From a virus, in IMG/VR virus record IMGVR_UViG_3300025108_000028, positions 14,865 through 78,864 of that record: a stretch of 64,000 nt of DNA. One strand, written 5' to 3'. The position numbers and the translations under genes are program-made. Positions within the stretch are counted from its first letter, which is position 1. Each line of letters opens with the position of its first letter. The notes beneath the pieces were generated by a model. That model was not told the origin of the DNA. It saw only the letters and a list, made by a program, of their open reading frames with translations, and made no database searches. Of the stretch, positions 60,201-64,000 are shown piece after piece.

Positions 60201-60789
60201 GTTGTTAATGACTGCTGCTATGGAAAATTCATTTGGTGGAAATTCTGATGCATATGGTAGAAATTATACAAGAGGACCAATGTCTATAGATGATGCAGCC
60301 TACAATGATTTGTTTGATCCTAGAGGTGAAAATAACAGATACACAGCTCAACAAAAAAAGATGTTTGATTGGTTAAGTTCAATGGGTTTAGATCCTACAA
60401 ATATGAACAATGCATTAAAAGCAGGAGATGAATTAGCAGGAATGGCTGCTGCTAGAATGCAATACGCTAGATCTCCTGAGAGTTTACCTAGCTCACAAGA
60501 CCCAAATGCAATGTATGACTATTATATGAAATTTTATAACAAAACAGATGCTGATCATAAAGAAAGATTTATGGGGAACTATAATGCATTTATTAAACCA
60601 AAGCTAAAAACTGGTGGTGAAGATGATCCATATAGAAGATATAAGAAATATGTAAATGGTGGGTTTGTTGGATCAGATGAAGATAAAAAAAATTATGATA
60701 AAATAAATAGAATCAATTATGCAGATGCTAAAGCAGTAGGTATGACTCCTGCAAATTACATAATGACTGAGTTATCTAAGCGTTCTTAA
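57226..60789 (+). CDS. Polyvalent ejection/cargo protein (zincin, ART-PolyVal-like and lysozyme-like modules)
   Basis: HELSH at 58045; YHGS..GIYTT..A.SY..WEIVF..KSA.GNNG.FD; modules separated by GG/LPKAQ linkers. Confidence 0.7.
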   Translation: MGRNKSIGLKGGPNEIIIDPKGQWNHPGKNTRIEGNHITMQDVQYPVWAQPNIGPGTMMMPGSEHYFKNADYVDEYPMAQNGIEIPKRKGVRINEDGSVSTHLMKAETVDGKWYGFPSLFQNSNGEWIDMSGEKDWMNIYNEAKKRGELIEFGDDAESAIKFAEGSWKPKAQRGGSALPKAQDAGSTSTPTKQIEFMTNWANSPMHNQMLNASSTSDKFKDKVKIARNNFKNVNISDDEVDGFLGQYINGQITMNPSLLEEARIGNGYDSVLVHELSHFTDDGDPDNKGYFKVSNIPLSDRKLIKKYGKEGIKRAKKEEKELNELLLSEGLTPNDKEFLEERIDRLRYLNRDTETRSRINATRYFYEEDENFGRSSERNIDKNLPSIFDSKVTPEMIKVMQQSGQYKQLQEIYTDDQILELFNTISDSKTPERSFNVLNARYGKELPTAQKGKSIITALLKQAKKWAPSVFGKADDVAKRSDNVVKAVSNTSKKGLYEMFPIRQLDAPTNYGTVKVDDGTIQTALDAMKAQGKYADDVGYSIDDLVGSDIQYLGDVSGRTIVNVPLPDGKSQLFYKSSGLAGKRGSGVGGTSEGLWQPYGGHASVSDFPGRGYVENWFIKDSGYADYYGSESFKNIANKLGEIGKEQGWDMSNQILKSKLKYGGEDLPKAQRGLIKQLIKSGAKYADEIIPTIKNYFKGVDDAGEFVSEINWGKWNKTIPDNKPLMEEYATIEKVGKAKGTWMKNPDGSKFTGTPEQWVQQQSSNYKAAFGESKLLNPDGSPMKLYHGSPKKFDAFDESMYQLGDSGYSGAGIYTTPSKTTANSYTISGKRFHDGEIEPTLYELYGRGNNPITSKQLIDNSGGDIGFGKVGELIDKNLPTSLFNFHRKGAPRVDQLLQYDVAIKNQNRGISNIRPIENAWEIVFPSNKQLKSAVGNNGMFDMTDPNIYKQNGGEYDPYFDIDDKSKQRRERLNAALKRVVANSDNDSDLEALLLMTAAMENSFGGNSDAYGRNYTRGPMSIDDAAYNDLFDPRGENNRYTAQQKKMFDWLSSMGLDPTNMNNALKAGDELAGMAAARMQYARSPESLPSSQDPNAMYDYYMKFYNKTDADHKERFMGNYNAFIKPKLKTGGEDDPYRRYKKYVNGGFVGSDEDKKNYDKINRINYADAKAVGMTPANYIMTELSKRS

Positions 60790-60843
60790 ACCTTTAAAAT
60801 TAGTGATTCTAAGTAATTATTTGTATATTAATAATATAATATT

Positions 60844-63800
60844 ATGAGTTTGAAAGTAAACAAAAAAAGTTTAAAACAACAAGGTGGACAGATGATACCT
60901 GAGCAACCTGGGATGCAGCAGCAAACGCAGCAACCACAGGTTGATCCAAAGGTTATGGAAATAACTCAAGTTATAAGTCAATCAGTTCAAGAAGGTCAAG
61001 ATCCTAAAGATGTTATTTCAAGTCTACTAGAAAATCAAGTTGATTCTCAGATGATTGCGCAAGCATTAATGGTTGCAGGAATGAAAGAAGAACAAATAAT
61101 AGCTTTATTTGATTCTATTGAAGAATCTAATCAACCTTCTCAGCCTGATCAAGTATCTAACAATCCTCAACTACTTGCAAGAAATGAAAGTTTACAAACT
61201 CAAGATCAACAAGGATCTCCTGAAGAGCAGATGATGATGCCAATGGCACAAGCCGGGACAGAAACAATTAATGATTACTGGCAAAATGCTAATGGTGACG
61301 TTGAAAGGCAAGATTTGGATGAAGTTACTATTACAGCAGATAATAGATCATGGTTAAAAAAATTAACGGATAATGCTTTGTATAATATTAATCCTTTATA
61401 CTTGGCTGATGACGCTTTACAGGTACTAGGTATACCTGCTAACTTTATAAGAGAAGGTGTACAAGGTGTTTTTGACAAAGGAGATGGTTCATTTGATTGG
61501 GGTAATATTATACCAGATATACGTAACACTACTATATTAGATGATGATCCGTCTCAAGAGGGTGTATCTAAATCATTAGGTGTAGATAATTTTTGGGGAG
61601 CTCTTGCAACAGATATGGTATTAGATCCTACTACATATATTGGTGCAGGTGTTGTAAAGAATTTGCTAAAGAAAGGATTAAAAACAGGTAGTAAAAAACT
61701 TGCACCTAAACTTCTTAATAAGGTTGATGATGGATTAAAAAGAGCACCCGGTGAATTACCTGAGGGTGTTAGCATTATTGATATATTTAAACAAAATTTA
61801 GATGATGCAGATAACGGGCTTAGTCAAATTGATGATCTTGAGAGAAAAGAGATAGAAGATTTTCTAAATGTATTTAAAGAAGACAAAGCAGCTAGATCAG
61901 CTGAATCAGCAGCAGAAAAAGAAGCACGGGATTTACTTGATAATCAAATGATAAGAGACAAGTACTTTGATGATGTTGCTGGTTTGGAAGATGAGGATAT
62001 AAGATTTATGATTGACAGAGGTGATGTCCCATCAGATGTTATTGAAAGATTAATAGAAAGCAGAAGAGGAAATTTGACAGAAGATCTTATTGGAAATCAG
62101 CAAGGTAGAAGCAGTCTTCTTGATGAATTCTTAAAAAGAAAAGACATACCTTCAGATGTAAAGTCTGATATGATAGATATAGATTATCTGAACATAGGAA
62201 ATAGACGAGAAGACGTTAAAGATTTTTTAAAGAAAACAGGTATTGATAGTGATAATTTTCCAACAGGTGGAGAGCCTAGAAGCTATGCAGTTGGAGGAGA
62301 AAAACAATATATAAATGGTGTTTACTTGCCTGACGAAAAAGATATTGATGATAAATATTTAGACAAGAATATTAATAGAGCTGTTGAGTTCTATAGTGGT
62401 GTTGATCCTACATTAGGTTTAGCTCCTTTAATGCCACCGCCAAAAACAAATATATTTTTAGATACGCTACAAACTGGTGTAAGTATGTTTGCAGATGCAA
62501 AAAGTGCATTTGGAGGATATAGTGAAAGACAAGAAGAATGGGCTAATAAGCTACCGTCTTTTTATAAATATGATGTAAATACAGAAGGTGTATTTGAACC
62601 TGAGAATCAAATGAAAATTAAAGATTGGGCACAAACTCAATTTGATGAATGGCAGGCAGAAACAGACAAAAATGTTGCAAGTTCTAATAAAGAAAAAGCA
62701 AGTATTTTAGGTACTACTGTAGACAAAATGATTAATGGTCAAACATTTGAAGAATATAATAGAGAGCAAGGTCAAACAGTTGTTGGTAAAACAGCTGAAG
62801 AAATAGCCACTATGCAAGACTTATATAGGGCCGCTGCTAAAAAAGCTAGAGGTGGAGAACAATCTTTACCAAAAGCACAGTATAATCTTCCTGACTGGAT
62901 GTATGGTAAAGATGGGGCTGAGTATGATATGGGTGGATCAGATTTCAATCCTTATACAGATAGTCTACAGGATATGATGAAAAATTCTGGTCAAACAAAC
63001 TACATGGAGGATTTAATGAATACTACACCTCCAAGAAAATCAAGCAATCAACCAACACAACCCGTATCTAATAAACCGCCTGTTAGAACTGCAGATGATA
63101 AATTTGGTGACATTACTTTACCGGAAGCCAGAGTGTCTAATCCTTTAAGCGGTACATTAGATGCTATTGCAGATAGTCCTTTATACAATGCTTATACAGC
63201 AATGTCAAACTTTGCTGTCAAAGGAGCAGGTTTTTATAATAGAAGGATGGCAGAGCGTGATTTTAAAAGACAATATGATAAGCTTGAGTTGATGGGTGGT
63301 GCTGATTTTGCTTATGATACTAAGATGTCTGATCCTATGAGTGAAGGTTATTATGGTTTAAATGATGGACGTTTACAAGGTGAAGCGGAAAGAACAACTG
63401 GTTACTATATGAACTTCCAAGGATCTCCTACTCAGTTTGGTGGGGCAACAGGAACTGCAAAAAAAGGTGGTGAGTTTGAAGCACATATGATGTTTGATCC
63501 TAAAACAGGTAAAGGATATAAAGCCAATCAACCTGCTGATCATGAAAGAATGAAGAAACTAGGTTATCTTCATAAAGATGAAATGCAAGATGGAGGACCT
63601 ATTACACCAGAAATGAAAGCTTATCTTGATGCCCTTGCATTCAATAAAGAAGCAAGGCAAGCTATTGGTACTAATGATAGAGAAAAACTAAAAAAATTAA
63701 GATTAGATAAACCATATAATACTAACGACCTAGCAAGAGATTTTCATGAATTACAACAACTAAGAAAAGCAGCAGGCTTGGGTGCAATGGAAGAAGCCTC

Positions 63801-63948
63801 TATTATTTTTCCCCATGTAGGTCAACAAATAAGAGGTGGTATTAATTCAATCCTAGGAACTAATTTTGAACAGGGTGGAGAAATAGAAGTTGATAATGAT
63901 ACATTAGCTGCATTAATAGCAGCAGGTGCTGACATAGAAATATTATAA
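60844..63948 (+). CDS. Ejection/cargo protein with repeated xxxGG motifs
   Basis: Q/M-rich low complexity, DMVLDPTTYIGAG hydrophobic motif, about 10 GG linkers. Confidence 0.65.
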   Translation: MSLKVNKKSLKQQGGQMIPEQPGMQQQTQQPQVDPKVMEITQVISQSVQEGQDPKDVISSLLENQVDSQMIAQALMVAGMKEEQIIALFDSIEESNQPSQPDQVSNNPQLLARNESLQTQDQQGSPEEQMMMPMAQAGTETINDYWQNANGDVERQDLDEVTITADNRSWLKKLTDNALYNINPLYLADDALQVLGIPANFIREGVQGVFDKGDGSFDWGNIIPDIRNTTILDDDPSQEGVSKSLGVDNFWGALATDMVLDPTTYIGAGVVKNLLKKGLKTGSKKLAPKLLNKVDDGLKRAPGELPEGVSIIDIFKQNLDDADNGLSQIDDLERKEIEDFLNVFKEDKAARSAESAAEKEARDLLDNQMIRDKYFDDVAGLEDEDIRFMIDRGDVPSDVIERLIESRRGNLTEDLIGNQQGRSSLLDEFLKRKDIPSDVKSDMIDIDYLNIGNRREDVKDFLKKTGIDSDNFPTGGEPRSYAVGGEKQYINGVYLPDEKDIDDKYLDKNINRAVEFYSGVDPTLGLAPLMPPPKTNIFLDTLQTGVSMFADAKSAFGGYSERQEEWANKLPSFYKYDVNTEGVFEPENQMKIKDWAQTQFDEWQAETDKNVASSNKEKASILGTTVDKMINGQTFEEYNREQGQTVVGKTAEEIATMQDLYRAAAKKARGGEQSLPKAQYNLPDWMYGKDGAEYDMGGSDFNPYTDSLQDMMKNSGQTNYMEDLMNTTPPRKSSNQPTQPVSNKPPVRTADDKFGDITLPEARVSNPLSGTLDAIADSPLYNAYTAMSNFAVKGAGFYNRRMAERDFKRQYDKLELMGGADFAYDTKMSDPMSEGYYGLNDGRLQGEAERTTGYYMNFQGSPTQFGGATGTAKKGGEFEAHMMFDPKTGKGYKANQPADHERMKKLGYLHKDEMQDGGPITPEMKAYLDALAFNKEARQAIGTNDREKLKKLRLDKPYNTNDLARDFHELQQLRKAAGLGAMEEASIIFPHVGQQIRGGINSILGTNFEQGGEIEVDNDTLAALIAAGADIEIL

Positions 63949-63950
63949 TT

Positions 63951-64000
63951 ATGGCAAAAGTTAAAATAAACAAATTACCTAAAGGCTTCCATATAGTTGA
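63951..64000 (+). CDS. Start of next gene, truncated by window edge
   Basis: MAKVKINKLPKGFHIV, open to the edge. Confidence 0.6.
   Translation, partial: MAKVKINKLPKGFHIV

Noticed and set aside
1902-61775. Many short opposite-strand ORFs in the track (e.g. 1902-2087, 8322-8747, 26002-26346, 40569-40979, 47122-47478)
   Set aside because: Shadow ORFs overlapping well-supported genes, with no leader or motif support
1-64000. Stop-codon reassignment as in some gut crAss-like phages
   Set aside because: Long genes are intact under the standard code; TAG and TGA end genes at sensible positions; no suppressor tRNA seen

Overview
This window is a 64-kb AT-rich fragment of a crAss-like (Crassvirales-type) podophage, probably infecting a marine or aquatic Bacteroidota/Flavobacteriia host. 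The host inference rests on TAnnTTTG promoters, leaders lacking Shine-Dalgarno sequences and Bacteroidota-type lipoproteins. Standard genetic code. Positions 1-14816 are a minus-strand early/replication block: resolvase fragment, primase, Sak4-like ATPase, DnaB helicase, DnaA-C-like HTH, UNG, SF2 helicase, three abutting tRNAs, HNH, membrane/lipoprotein genes and two paralogous first genes. After a GC-rich strand-switch region (14817-15069) comes a plus-strand late block: small basic proteins, amidase, IHF-like protein, PD-(D/E)XK nuclease, GroES, terminase, portal, scaffold, major capsid, ring proteins, fibres (one collagen-like), vWA proteins, muzzle and the first ejection/cargo proteins. 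The most notable unexplained signals are: (1) cargo proteins built as strings of effector modules separated by a recurring xxxGG/LPKAQ linker, a candidate processed effector polyprotein; (2) a G-rich motif upstream of four early genes, a candidate phage-RNAP promoter; (3) a gene cassette bounded by a stop/start junction repeat that also overlaps a tRNA 3' end; (4) a structured 3' element antisense to late-gene translation starts; (5) a shared TAGCTATAT operator-like box. All family calls come from motif recognition by eye, not database searches.
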